The notes under the pieces are model-generated. The model saw only the letters and a list, made by a program, of their open reading frames with translations. It was not told where the DNA came from and made no database searches. A DNA stretch of 64,000 nt from Porphyridium purpureum (taxonomy: Eukaryota), in contig VRMN01000002.1 in the NCBI GenBank assembly GCA_008690995.1, forward strand, positions 1,240,001-1,304,000, read 5' to 3'. Shown here in pieces: positions 55,267 through 64,000 of the stretch. Both the position numbers and the translations under genes were made by a program. The number at the start of each line of letters is the position of its first letter. The first letter of the stretch is position 1.

Positions 55267-56532
55267 ATGGCGTTCATAGGACTCGCTGGAGCTGCAACGG
55301 GTAAGTTGTCCGCTGATTCCTCCCGGAGAGCAGGAAGCAGCCACGCGCGCTCGGTTTCGACACGAGAAAAGGCGTTCGTCGCGAGCCCGCAGAGGCAACT
55401 GGGAGTCAGAGTGCGTGGAGCGCGGATAGCAGAGAATAAGGCATTGGTGCGTATGGGTGTAACGCTTGGAACTGTGCCTCATGCGCTTTTAGCCATGGTG
55501 TCCGCCACAGTGCCAGTCATGTGGAAAGCGGTGCTGGCTCTTGCGGTTATTGTGGTTCTTGCACTGATCATCAAGAAGGATCTGGATACTCCCAAGCGGC
55601 CGTACACAGGATCTTTCGACGGCGTGGGGGCCGAATATGACAAATGGACAATGGACGGCATTCTGGAGTACTACTGGGGCGAACATATTCATCTTGGCTA
55701 CTATTCTAAAGAAGAGCAAGCGCAAAAGGGCGGTGCCTTCAAGAAGGACTTCAAGCAGGCTAAGATTGACTTCACAAAACAGATGCTGTACTGGACGGGC
55801 GTCAAGGCGCCGCGACGCATCCTGGATGTTGGCTGTGGCATAGGAGGCACGTCGCGTATTCTTGCCAAAGAGTTCCCTCACGCGGAAGTGATTGGTATCT
55901 CACTGAGCAGCGAGCAAGTCCAGCGCGCAACTGCGCTGGCCGAAAAGGAAGGCCTGGACAATGTGACTTTCAGGCTAATGGATGCCTTGCATATGGATTT
56001 TGATGACGATACATTTGATTTAGTTTGGGGCTGCGAGAGCGGTGAGCACATGCCAGACAAGGCTGCGTATGTGAATGAAATGACTCGGGTGCTTGCGCCG
56101 CAAGGAACTCTGGCCATTGCGACGTGGTGCCAGCGCGATACGCCTCCTGAGTTTACGCAGACTGAAAAGGACCGTTTGCAGTATTTGTACGATGAATGGT
56201 CGCATCCCCACTTCATTTCGTACCAAGAGTACATGCGCATTATGCAGCGCACAAATGTGATGGGTGATGTCATCGGCGAGGACTGGAACGATGTGACATT
56301 GCCATCTTGGAGACACTCGAACTGGGTGGGTGTGGTAGACCCGTGGCCCGTCATTTTCAAATTCAATCCTGCCCTGTGGTACTGGGTAATTCGTGAGATA
56401 GTATGTCTGGAGCGAATGCATCGAGCATTCCGCGACGGGCTCATGCAGTATGGCATGATCAAGGGAGTTAAAAAGGTATCTTCCAAGGCTGCCGCAGCTA
56501 TCTCGGCTGCAGCAGCTTCCCAGTCGACATAG
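55267..56532 (+). CDS. MPBQ/MSBQ methyltransferase (cyanobacterial type, tocopherol-MT superfamily), plastid-targeted
   Basis: MAFI transit peptide, ILEYYWGEHIHLGYY, LDVGCGIGG, ESGEHMPDK, WSHP and TLPSW. Confidence 0.85.
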   Translation: MAFIGLAGAATGKLSADSSRRAGSSHARSVSTREKAFVASPQRQLGVRVRGARIAENKALVRMGVTLGTVPHALLAMVSATVPVMWKAVLALAVIVVLALIIKKDLDTPKRPYTGSFDGVGAEYDKWTMDGILEYYWGEHIHLGYYSKEEQAQKGGAFKKDFKQAKIDFTKQMLYWTGVKAPRRILDVGCGIGGTSRILAKEFPHAEVIGISLSSEQVQRATALAEKEGLDNVTFRLMDALHMDFDDDTFDLVWGCESGEHMPDKAAYVNEMTRVLAPQGTLAIATWCQRDTPPEFTQTEKDRLQYLYDEWSHPHFISYQEYMRIMQRTNVMGDVIGEDWNDVTLPSWRHSNWVGVVDPWPVIFKFNPALWYWVIREIVCLERMHRAFRDGLMQYGMIKGVKKVSSKAAAAISAAAASQST

Positions 56533-56602
56533 AGCTGTCACGCGCATTGAAGTTAAGGAGAAGAAAACCCAAACAAAGGAAAATGAAGCAATGCCCAAAT
56601 CT

Positions 56603-56633
<31 letters not shown>

Positions 56634-56686
56634 TTCTTTCTTCCTGCCCCTCATGCCCTGCGTTTTCTCAGTGATCCTCGAGTGAG

Positions 56687-59600
56687 CTACGCCGTATTAC
56701 TTGAAAGCAGCTTCATGACTGCAACATGGAGTTGCGTTTCGGCAACCTGCCCAGGGGTTTCAATTTGAGCCCGAAGCATCAGGTCCAACTTGGCTCGAAA
56801 TTCCCGAATCAAAGATGCAATCCGAGCATTGCCGTTAAAGTACATCCAGCCATCCATGACAAGCAAGTCGCGCTCGGCCCGGACGTCGATCGAGCCACCA
56901 AACAACAGCACGGCCATGGGGGGCACCACGCACAGCTGGCGAATATACGTCTTTGCACTGTCCGAGGAGCTCAAAGCTTGACCCGGTGTTCGAAGTTTAA
57001 CACCACCCACAAACTTTTCATGAAACACAAGCCAATCGCTTGCGAATGTCGCAGAGCTGAACGCCACACACTCTGGATGGATGAACACACGCTTGCCATG
57101 AGCATCTCGAAACTTGACCATTCGCGCGTCGGTGCCTCGCTTCTCCACAGTGCCATGTGCCGTCTTTTCAAACTTTTTCGGCTGTTCAGCTCGCACCACG
57201 TTGGGATACAATGCGGCACAGAGCAGTGACGAAACCAAACTCGAGCTTTGAGAATTGCTGTTTAGTACGCTCTCGTCATTCAAAGCCTGCGGAATGAAGC
57301 CAGCATCACCCAGCACTTTCTTCAGCTGCAGCCGTGTGTCCTCAATTGTCAATAAACCGCGACGCGATACAAAACGCGCCTCGCACCATTTGAACTGCTT
57401 GGAAATGGGCAGAGTCTTGCCATTCACGCACCAATCCTCGAAAATTCGAACAAAAGTAAGCGTGTCCGAGTTGGCCCACGCATACTTCTGCTTCGCGGCT
57501 TTGGCCTCGTCACGATTCTCAAACGAGATCGCAAAGGGTGGCTTCTCACTCAAGTACGCGGCAATGGTCAGACAGGGGTCCAAGGCGGAGAAAAGCGCAC
57601 CAAATATGATGAGCTTGCCTAAGCGCGCGTCCACAGGCAAAGACGCAAGATGCACACCCAATGATGTGAGCGACCACCCGACAGATTTTCCTTCTTCCTC
57701 CTTATTCACAATTGCACCTATCGCGCAGAGTGTTGCGATGGCATTTTCAACGGCCTGTTGCTCGGGCGGGTCGATTGCTTGCTGTAAAAAGGCAGAGACA
57801 TCAGGGCCGACGGATGAAACCGCAAGCGCTGTTAAAACAACGTGCTCCAAGTTAATGCGCTTGATTTCGGGCACTTGCTCTCTTCGCAAGACGGACTGGA
57901 AGGTGTTTCGCTTGACCAGTCTATACACGGTGCCCGGTTGCACGCGCCCCGCTCGACCTGCACGCTGCTGCGCACTGGCCCGCGAAATGGATGTCTCAGC
58001 CAGAATATTCATACCGTTGACGCCATGCTGCTCTTTCACACGGAGCGTGTCGATGACAAACACAATGTCATCAATGGTAATTGATGTTTCAGCCACGTTC
58101 GTCGCAAGAACCACTTTTCGTCGGTGCAGCGGCGGGCGCGAGAAGCAAAGTGCTTGCTTTTCCGCGCTCAACGACGCATGCAGTTCGACAACAAAAAGCG
58201 CTGAATACTGTGCAAGCCGCGCGCTGGCGACCGCAATATCCGATACACCAGGAAAGAACACCAGGATTGCCTGTTCACGATGCTCCGAATGCGTGCGATC
58301 GATGAAAAGCACCACCCGCTCGATAAGATCCACATTCACACAGAATTCATCAATCAGTGTCAACGTGGATGATTCTTGGTCCTGTGCCGAGCTCTTCGAA
58401 GCCTTAATGGTGTATCGATCGCCTGGAGCCAGCTTGTATTCTGTGGCTTGAACAACGTCTTCCAAGTACACTTCCTTCACCGGAAAGGTCCGTCCTTCGA
58501 TCGTCACGACAGGAATCCTCGCACTACCGGCCATGCCCTGCGGTGAAGTCGAAGCAAAGTAGGACGCGAACTTGTCGGCGTTCACCGTTGCACTCATGAG
58601 CACAATCTTGATATGCTTATTTTTGGCAAGAATGTGTTTCAGAAGGAGCAAAAGAATGTCGCTGTCCACGGCGCGCTCGTGTACTTCGTCCAGGATCAGC
58701 ACGGAAACGGAATCCAGCTCTGGCTCAAGATACAGTCGTCGCAATATCACACCTGTGGTGCAAAAGGTGAGCATAGTTGCTCGCGAGCGTTTGACATCCA
58801 TTTTCACCTGGTAACCGACAGAGCGACCAACAGCTTCGCCGCGCTCGGCCGCAACGCGCTCTGCAACAGAGATGGCGGCCAGACGTCGCGGCTGTGTGCA
58901 AACGATTTGTATTGCATGATCCGTGGTCTGCTGCGCATCGAGTAAGTGATCCAGAATGAACTGAGGAACCTGCGTCGTTTTCCCCGATCCTGTGGCCCCA
59001 CAGACAAGCACAACACGAGACTCCTGGAATGCTTCAAGGACACGAGCCTGCGCAGCCCAGGCAGGAAGAACCTTCCGTCTTTCGATCATTTCAGGCGGAG
59101 CACAAGTCCGCGGAACCCTTGATGCGGAAGCGCGGCCATGGTCTTTCTGGAGTGCCGCTGCCTTTTTCGTGATCGTTTTTCGTGATAGAGACGAATTGGC
59201 AGGCGTCACGGTAGCTTGTGTCTCATTGTCAGTGCTACCGGCATCGTCAGATAGATGCGCAAAGTACTGGGCTAAGAGCGAGTGGGAGCGCTCCTCTAGA
59301 TCTTGGATCCTTGCGCTTTGAAGCATACTGACCAGAAGATGGACCACTGGAGCAGCTTCTCCATCGTCGCACTCTATTTTCCCAGAATGTCCTGTAGTTT
59401 TAAAGTTTACCGCACGATGTGAAACCATTTCTGCTGCCATGGCTCGCAATACCATACGACGGAGCGCTTGGTCTGCGTCAGGGCATTCGGTGAGGACACA
59501 GACCGGCATAGACTCCGGATATCTCCCGTCGTGGTCATGGACAATCAGCGTGACACCGCTGGCTGACTTTTTCAGGAACGGAAGCTTGCGAAATTTCACG

Positions 59601-60796
59601 CGGCATCCCCACTGACCAGCAAGCAGGCCACAATTCATGCCTGCCTCAACGACAAAGTCAGCAGGCCCTGATCCGTCATGAGCACCGTAAATTGCCTCAA
59701 GCGCTTCAGCCTCCTGATCCTTCAGTTCCGCAAGCTCTTGTGCGGAACTTCTGAAGTCGCCATCAGGCGCGGATTTGGAAGCGGGGAGCCCTGCCAGACT
59801 CCTGAAGCAACTGGCCGCGGCGGCGTGTGCATTCTTCTGATTTTGTAGCATCGCCTTCTGTGCAGCCGCCATGCTAATGCAAAACGTATCCCGCAGCGTA
59901 CTGATCGCGGTGTTGAGTGCCACACTGCTGGAAGCTTCGCCCGACCGGAAGGCTACCACCTGCACATCCGCTTTCGGCGCGAAAGCAGAAGGTAACTGTT
60001 CTTCATTGAGATTTAACAAAAGCCAGTCGAGAACACGCTCATACTCAACAGAGTTTGCATGAAATACGCCCAGCTCAGCATCCATGCGATCAAACCCGGC
60101 TTTCGAGAGCCGTTTGACCACAGAACTCACGGCATCGGTGCTGGCGTCAGAAACTACGCGCGGCTCGCTATCGATGCGCACTGAGGCGAGTGCGTCTTCT
60201 ATAATCTGTCGCGACTGTGTCGAAAGTTCAACATTTGTATTCTTTGCCCTTAACACCGCGGTCTTCTTTGCGCTCTGCTCACGAGCGGCCTGCTTCTGAT
60301 CGTGGGCCTGCTTGGCTGCGTTTTTATGTTCCATGAGCGCGTCAAGCCGTTTCCACTCGTCTCGATATTCTGGCGCAATGAGCAGATGCAAAGCCTTGCC
60401 ATGCTCCAGAAAATGAAGCGCCGCGAGCGCGGCCCACTGTTCACCGGGCTTGGAGCCCACGACAGTGAATCCGGGTGGGTCAGTCGTATCGCTCGCCTTC
60501 TTCACCGTGCGCTTACCTGGAGGTATATGCACTTTGTACATTCCCTCGGCATCGCCCTCCCGCGTGGCCGGCTTCACAACGGGGCGTTTCCTATCTTGCT
60601 TTGTACACGCGTCTTTCAGCAGCTCCAACGGAGTCTTTCCCACCCATCCAGCCGAAGTCACCGCTGCTTGGCCCGACGCGGAACCGCTGGCGCTCGAATC
60701 TGCGGCGTCTTTCCCGGACTTGAGCACATTCCCGGACTTTCCAGAGAGCGAACTCACCACGGCTCCTCCCGAGCCTGTTCTCCCGCGCCTTCCCAT
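56687..60796 (-). CDS. DEAH-box RNA helicase (DHX57/DHX29-like, with UBA- and RWD-like domains)
   Basis: GATGSGKTTQVPQ, TQPRRLAA, DEVH, MSAT, ATNVAETSITI, QRAGRAGR and LDWLLLN...LP. Confidence 0.92.
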   Translation of the reverse strand: MGRRGRTGSGGAVVSSLSGKSGNVLKSGKDAADSSASGSASGQAAVTSAGWVGKTPLELLKDACTKQDRKRPVVKPATREGDAEGMYKVHIPPGKRTVKKASDTTDPPGFTVVGSKPGEQWAALAALHFLEHGKALHLLIAPEYRDEWKRLDALMEHKNAAKQAHDQKQAAREQSAKKTAVLRAKNTNVELSTQSRQIIEDALASVRIDSEPRVVSDASTDAVSSVVKRLSKAGFDRMDAELGVFHANSVEYERVLDWLLLNLNEEQLPSAFAPKADVQVVAFRSGEASSSVALNTAISTLRDTFCISMAAAQKAMLQNQKNAHAAAASCFRSLAGLPASKSAPDGDFRSSAQELAELKDQEAEALEAIYGAHDGSGPADFVVEAGMNCGLLAGQWGCRVKFRKLPFLKKSASGVTLIVHDHDGRYPESMPVCVLTECPDADQALRRMVLRAMAAEMVSHRAVNFKTTGHSGKIECDDGEAAPVVHLLVSMLQSARIQDLEERSHSLLAQYFAHLSDDAGSTDNETQATVTPANSSLSRKTITKKAAALQKDHGRASASRVPRTCAPPEMIERRKVLPAWAAQARVLEAFQESRVVLVCGATGSGKTTQVPQFILDHLLDAQQTTDHAIQIVCTQPRRLAAISVAERVAAERGEAVGRSVGYQVKMDVKRSRATMLTFCTTGVILRRLYLEPELDSVSVLILDEVHERAVDSDILLLLLKHILAKNKHIKIVLMSATVNADKFASYFASTSPQGMAGSARIPVVTIEGRTFPVKEVYLEDVVQATEYKLAPGDRYTIKASKSSAQDQESSTLTLIDEFCVNVDLIERVVLFIDRTHSEHREQAILVFFPGVSDIAVASARLAQYSALFVVELHASLSAEKQALCFSRPPLHRRKVVLATNVAETSITIDDIVFVIDTLRVKEQHGVNGMNILAETSISRASAQQRAGRAGRVQPGTVYRLVKRNTFQSVLRREQVPEIKRINLEHVVLTALAVSSVGPDVSAFLQQAIDPPEQQAVENAIATLCAIGAIVNKEEEGKSVGWSLTSLGVHLASLPVDARLGKLIIFGALFSALDPCLTIAAYLSEKPPFAISFENRDEAKAAKQKYAWANSDTLTFVRIFEDWCVNGKTLPISKQFKWCEARFVSRRGLLTIEDTRLQLKKVLGDAGFIPQALNDESVLNSNSQSSSLVSSLLCAALYPNVVRAEQPKKFEKTAHGTVEKRGTDARMVKFRDAHGKRVFIHPECVAFSSATFASDWLVFHEKFVGGVKLRTPGQALSSSDSAKTYIRQLCVVPPMAVLLFGGSIDVRAERDLLVMDGWMYFNGNARIASLIREFRAKLDLMLRAQIETPGQVAETQLHVAVMKLLSSNTA

Positions 60797-61014
60797 TTCT
60801 GTCGCGCAACAGCGCCCGACACAAGCGCTGGTCGTCGGGTCTGCACGTTTCCCCGAGCGGGCGGAGCTGCCGCGCCTTCGCGGATTCAAGAACTCGAGCG
60901 CAACGTGGGCACGACTCCAGCAGAGGTTCTGGAGGTCGCGCAGACGGCCCAGCGAGACTAACGATCGCACTAGCTCAGATTGAACAGCGGCGGTGTTGAT
61001 GGATCAGCTTTGTC

Positions 61015-61941
61015 ATGGGTCTAGGAGAGAACTCTCACGGCAAGAGCCGCGTGCGCGTGGCCAAGGTGGTGCGCCATGGTGATGGAACACAGGAGATTCA
61101 CGAATACAATGTAGCGATACAGCTGTATGGCGGAACGGAGCGTTCGTTTACGCACGGCGATAACTCGATGGTGGTCGCGACCGACACCTGCAAGAACCAC
61201 GTCTATTTGCTGGCCAAGCAGCACAGCATGAGTAGCCCGGAGCAGTTTGCGCTAGATCTAGCAGACCGCTTTCTTGACACCTACGCATTCGTTACGCAGG
61301 TGCGCGTGCGCGTGGCGAAAGCACCCTGGCAGCGCGTGGCGATTGGCGATGTCCCTCACCGCCACGGCTTCGTGCGCGGATCGGGTACGCACGCTGCGGA
61401 AGTACACGTGGTGCGAGGGAGCGGTGTACGTACACATGGTCGCGAAGCTCATCACGTGGCGGAACTCCTGAGCAAGCTGGAGCACGTAGATGTCCTCAAA
61501 ACCACTCAGAGCGGATGGGATGCTTTCCTGCAGGACAAGTATACAACTCTGCCACCCACAACGGAGCGCCTCCTTGCTACAACGGTAGAATGCACGTGGA
61601 AGGTTGATCTGAAGACGCTGGGCACGCGCACCTTCGACTACGCGGCTCTTTTTGAGCTGGTGAAGCGCACACTGTTTGAGTCGTTCTTTGGCAATCCGTT
61701 TACAGGGGTATACAGCCCGGGCGTGCAAGCCACCATGTACGCCATGGGTGAGGCCGTGCTCCAGCGCGCACCCCACGTCACGTCGGTCACCTTCAGCCTT
61801 CCCAACATTCATTTTCTGCCCTGCAATATCCCGGCGTTTGCCAAGGCTGGCATCGCATTCGATGACGATGTCTACATCCCCACAGATGAGCCGCATGGCC
61901 TCATCAAGTGCACAGTGACGCGTGCCACCAGCAAGTTGTAG
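61015..61941 (+). CDS. UOX: Urate oxidase (uricase), peroxisomal
   Basis: HGKSRVR, VATDTCKN, LKTTQSG, YSPGVQAT, LPNIHF, P.DEPHG and C-terminal PTS1 SKL. Confidence 0.95.
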   Translation: MGLGENSHGKSRVRVAKVVRHGDGTQEIHEYNVAIQLYGGTERSFTHGDNSMVVATDTCKNHVYLLAKQHSMSSPEQFALDLADRFLDTYAFVTQVRVRVAKAPWQRVAIGDVPHRHGFVRGSGTHAAEVHVVRGSGVRTHGREAHHVAELLSKLEHVDVLKTTQSGWDAFLQDKYTTLPPTTERLLATTVECTWKVDLKTLGTRTFDYAALFELVKRTLFESFFGNPFTGVYSPGVQATMYAMGEAVLQRAPHVTSVTFSLPNIHFLPCNIPAFAKAGIAFDDDVYIPTDEPHGLIKCTVTRATSKL

Positions 61942-62029
61942 ACGCGTACGAAGCAAACTCATAGCGGTCTCGCCAAAACGTTCTGGGAATAGTTTAATGT
62001 CGTGCTCGGTGCCTCCTCGATCAGCCCGG

Positions 62030-64000
62030 CTAATACAAGTCATCAGATGCAATGGAGCAGGCTCTGGGTCGCGCGTGTTGGGATGGCATGCGTAGCTCGT
62101 CGATCAGGTGGGGCTCCACGACAGACTCTGTCGCCGTCTTGATACTGAGCTCCTCCAAGTACGTGAGCTGCTGCAGGCCCGCACAACGATCCCGAGCATT
62201 CCGCTGGGCCAGGCACATGCTCGGGCTCGCGGTTTGTTTCTGTGCAAGCCAAACAACCATCAAGCCCATGAACGCCTCTTTCGAACACGCCTTTTTCAAA
62301 AAGTCATGCTCGAGAAGCTCGTCCACAGTGGCTCGCTTGCTGGGCTCCATCTGACAGCACCGCCCGATGAAATTGTGCAATCCAGGGCTCGCATTTCCGA
62401 TCGCTCGTACCTGATATGTATCCAGCACCCCTTCCATTGCAATGCGAAACATGGCACGCAGCGTTTGGTCGCCGTAATACACGGGCAGCGTCGATATAAG
62501 TTCGACGGCCAAAATACCCACGGACCACACATCTACACCAGTGGTGTACCTGCGCCCACGAATAACTTCAGGCGCCATCCAGAATGGAGTGCCAATGACA
62601 CTCTTTCGATAGTCCTCGTCGTCGTCTAGCGCCACAGAGAAGCCCATGTCCGCTATCTTGACGTTCCCAGAGCTGTCAAGCAGGATATTGTCCGACTTGA
62701 TGTCGCGGTGCATAATCAGCCTGTCGTGCATTGCCTTGAGACCTTGTAGCACGTTTAAGAGAATGTACGCGATAAACTCATCACGAAGTCCTGTAATACC
62801 ACTGGCGGCCCGTTCTGCCTTAATTTGGCGACTGTTTAGTCGCATGTAAGATTTTCTGCCGTGCATGGAAGGATCCAATCCGGATTCGGCTGGGGTCGGG
62901 TCGGCGTGCTTCACATGCAGCGTCTTGAGCAAAGAGTAAAGGGAGCCACCATCCATGTATTCCATTTGAACCCATACCTTCTTCTCGCGACGAAAGCATT
63001 GGTGCATCGCGACCACATTTGGATGTTTCACCGTTCGCATGACGGCCATTTCTCGCACGACCAACATCATGTCATAGTCGTCGTCAATGGTGCAGCATTT
63101 GAGCGCCACAGCGCCCATGCCTTTGTGCAACGCCCGGTAAACAGACCCGCATGACCCAGCACCGATTTCAACAACGTCGGAAAACTGATTGTACCGCCGG
63201 TCGAAAGGATCCTCCGACTTCACGGTGACCGTTGCTAAAGCGCCAAGCTCTGGTTTTCTCTCTGATGCCTGCCTCCACATCACGATACCGCCGCCAATCT
63301 CATCTGCTATCATCCCCCGATTGCGAGCCTTTGACTTGGGCCTCGATTTACCTTCGTGCGTGGCGCTTTCACCTTCTGATTCAATTTCAAATCCAAGGTA
63401 ATCCTGCTTTCCGGTATCAGCGTCCATCTGCTGCAAACACATCAGGTCAGCAATCTGACCCTCCGATGCTGCATCGATCTCACGTTGAGTCACTCCTACG
63501 CGCAAGAGCAATTTTTCCCATTCCACAGGTAGTCCGGAAAATCCCGTGGGGTTTGTAGGGTCCACAGCCACGTGCGTCGTGTGCTCAAATTGGATGGGCA
63601 TACCGATGACCATATCCTTTGCCGGCTGAGGGCGCTTTGAGCTGGCTGCGCTTCGCAGGCGCGGGAAAAGTGCTTCAGGATTAGATGACGACTGCTCCTG
63701 AGGTTTGTCGACTGCAGGGTGAAATTGCTGCTGACTTTTGCTGTGGACGTCCGACATCGAGGTCGACTTACGATTCCACATTCTGGTCCTGGATGCTCCT
63801 CCCGCCGCCGCCGGGCCTGCAGCAGATGGAGGTGCATTCGACACTGCGGATACATTTGAACAAGCGTCCGATGAAAGCGGCAATTCAGACCCGACCTTCT
63901 TCCCTGCTGTCTGAGAGCTTGCGGTGACCTCGGTGCGGACTTTTCCTGGCTCCGCCGCAGTCAGAGAACGGGGTCTTATAGTTTTCGCTGCGGCCTGCGA
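62030..64000 (-). CDS. PAK/STE20-family kinase with CRIB domain; 5' end probably lies beyond the window
   Basis: CRIB IGMPIQFEHTTHV...GFSGLP.EW, HRDIKSDN and GTPFWMAPEV. The frame is open to base 64000. Confidence 0.9.
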   Translation of the reverse strand, partial: SQAAAKTIRPRSLTAAEPGKVRTEVTASSQTAGKKVGSELPLSSDACSNVSAVSNAPPSAAGPAAAGGASRTRMWNRKSTSMSDVHSKSQQQFHPAVDKPQEQSSSNPEALFPRLRSAASSKRPQPAKDMVIGMPIQFEHTTHVAVDPTNPTGFSGLPVEWEKLLLRVGVTQREIDAASEGQIADLMCLQQMDADTGKQDYLGFEIESEGESATHEGKSRPKSKARNRGMIADEIGGGIVMWRQASERKPELGALATVTVKSEDPFDRRYNQFSDVVEIGAGSCGSVYRALHKGMGAVALKCCTIDDDYDMMLVVREMAVMRTVKHPNVVAMHQCFRREKKVWVQMEYMDGGSLYSLLKTLHVKHADPTPAESGLDPSMHGRKSYMRLNSRQIKAERAASGITGLRDEFIAYILLNVLQGLKAMHDRLIMHRDIKSDNILLDSSGNVKIADMGFSVALDDDEDYRKSVIGTPFWMAPEVIRGRRYTTGVDVWSVGILAVELISTLPVYYGDQTLRAMFRIAMEGVLDTYQVRAIGNASPGLHNFIGRCCQMEPSKRATVDELLEHDFLKKACSKEAFMGLMVVWLAQKQTASPSMCLAQRNARDRCAGLQQLTYLEELSIKTATESVVEPHLIDELRMPSQHARPRACSIASDDLY

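Noticed and set aside
22689..61941. MOCS2 genes plus uricase as a purine-catabolism cluster
   Set aside because: They are about 38 kb apart, separated by many unrelated genes.

Overview
Compact, intron-poor eukaryotic nuclear DNA, most likely from a unicellular red alga (Porphyridium-like). This is inferred from the gene density, GC richness and M-A-F-V type plastid transit peptides. The window holds about 27 protein genes: adenosine kinase, SERRATE/Ars2, NTF2, TMCO1, an MFS transporter, aminoacylase-1, a MARVEL protein, a DEAD-box helicase, CSN7, an SDR, MOCS2A/MOCS2B, a histidine phosphatase, spliced KAE1/OSGEP, APX, MTP18-like, two C2H2 paralogs, two PiT phosphate transporters, NMNAT, a BK-like K+ channel, Rab1, MPBQ/MSBQ methyltransferase, a DEAH helicase, uricase and a PAK kinase. 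Main observations: (1) a probable leaky-scanning bicistronic MOCS2A-MOCS2B unit; (2) a U14 snoRNA inside a 3'-UTR intron of adenosine kinase; (3) a ~6.2 kb inverted duplication of a phosphate transporter, set in a nest of Tc1/mariner and Gypsy remnants and flanked by palindromic TG...CA elements carrying heat-shock-element arrays (Ginger-like MITE candidate); (4) two divergent genes whose start codons overlap in one CATG; (5) an in-frame TAG inside the conserved C-terminus of the K+ channel; (6) two decayed pseudogenes (GT8 and GCN2-like RWD). Start codons were chosen by eye, and family calls come from motif recognition, not database searches.
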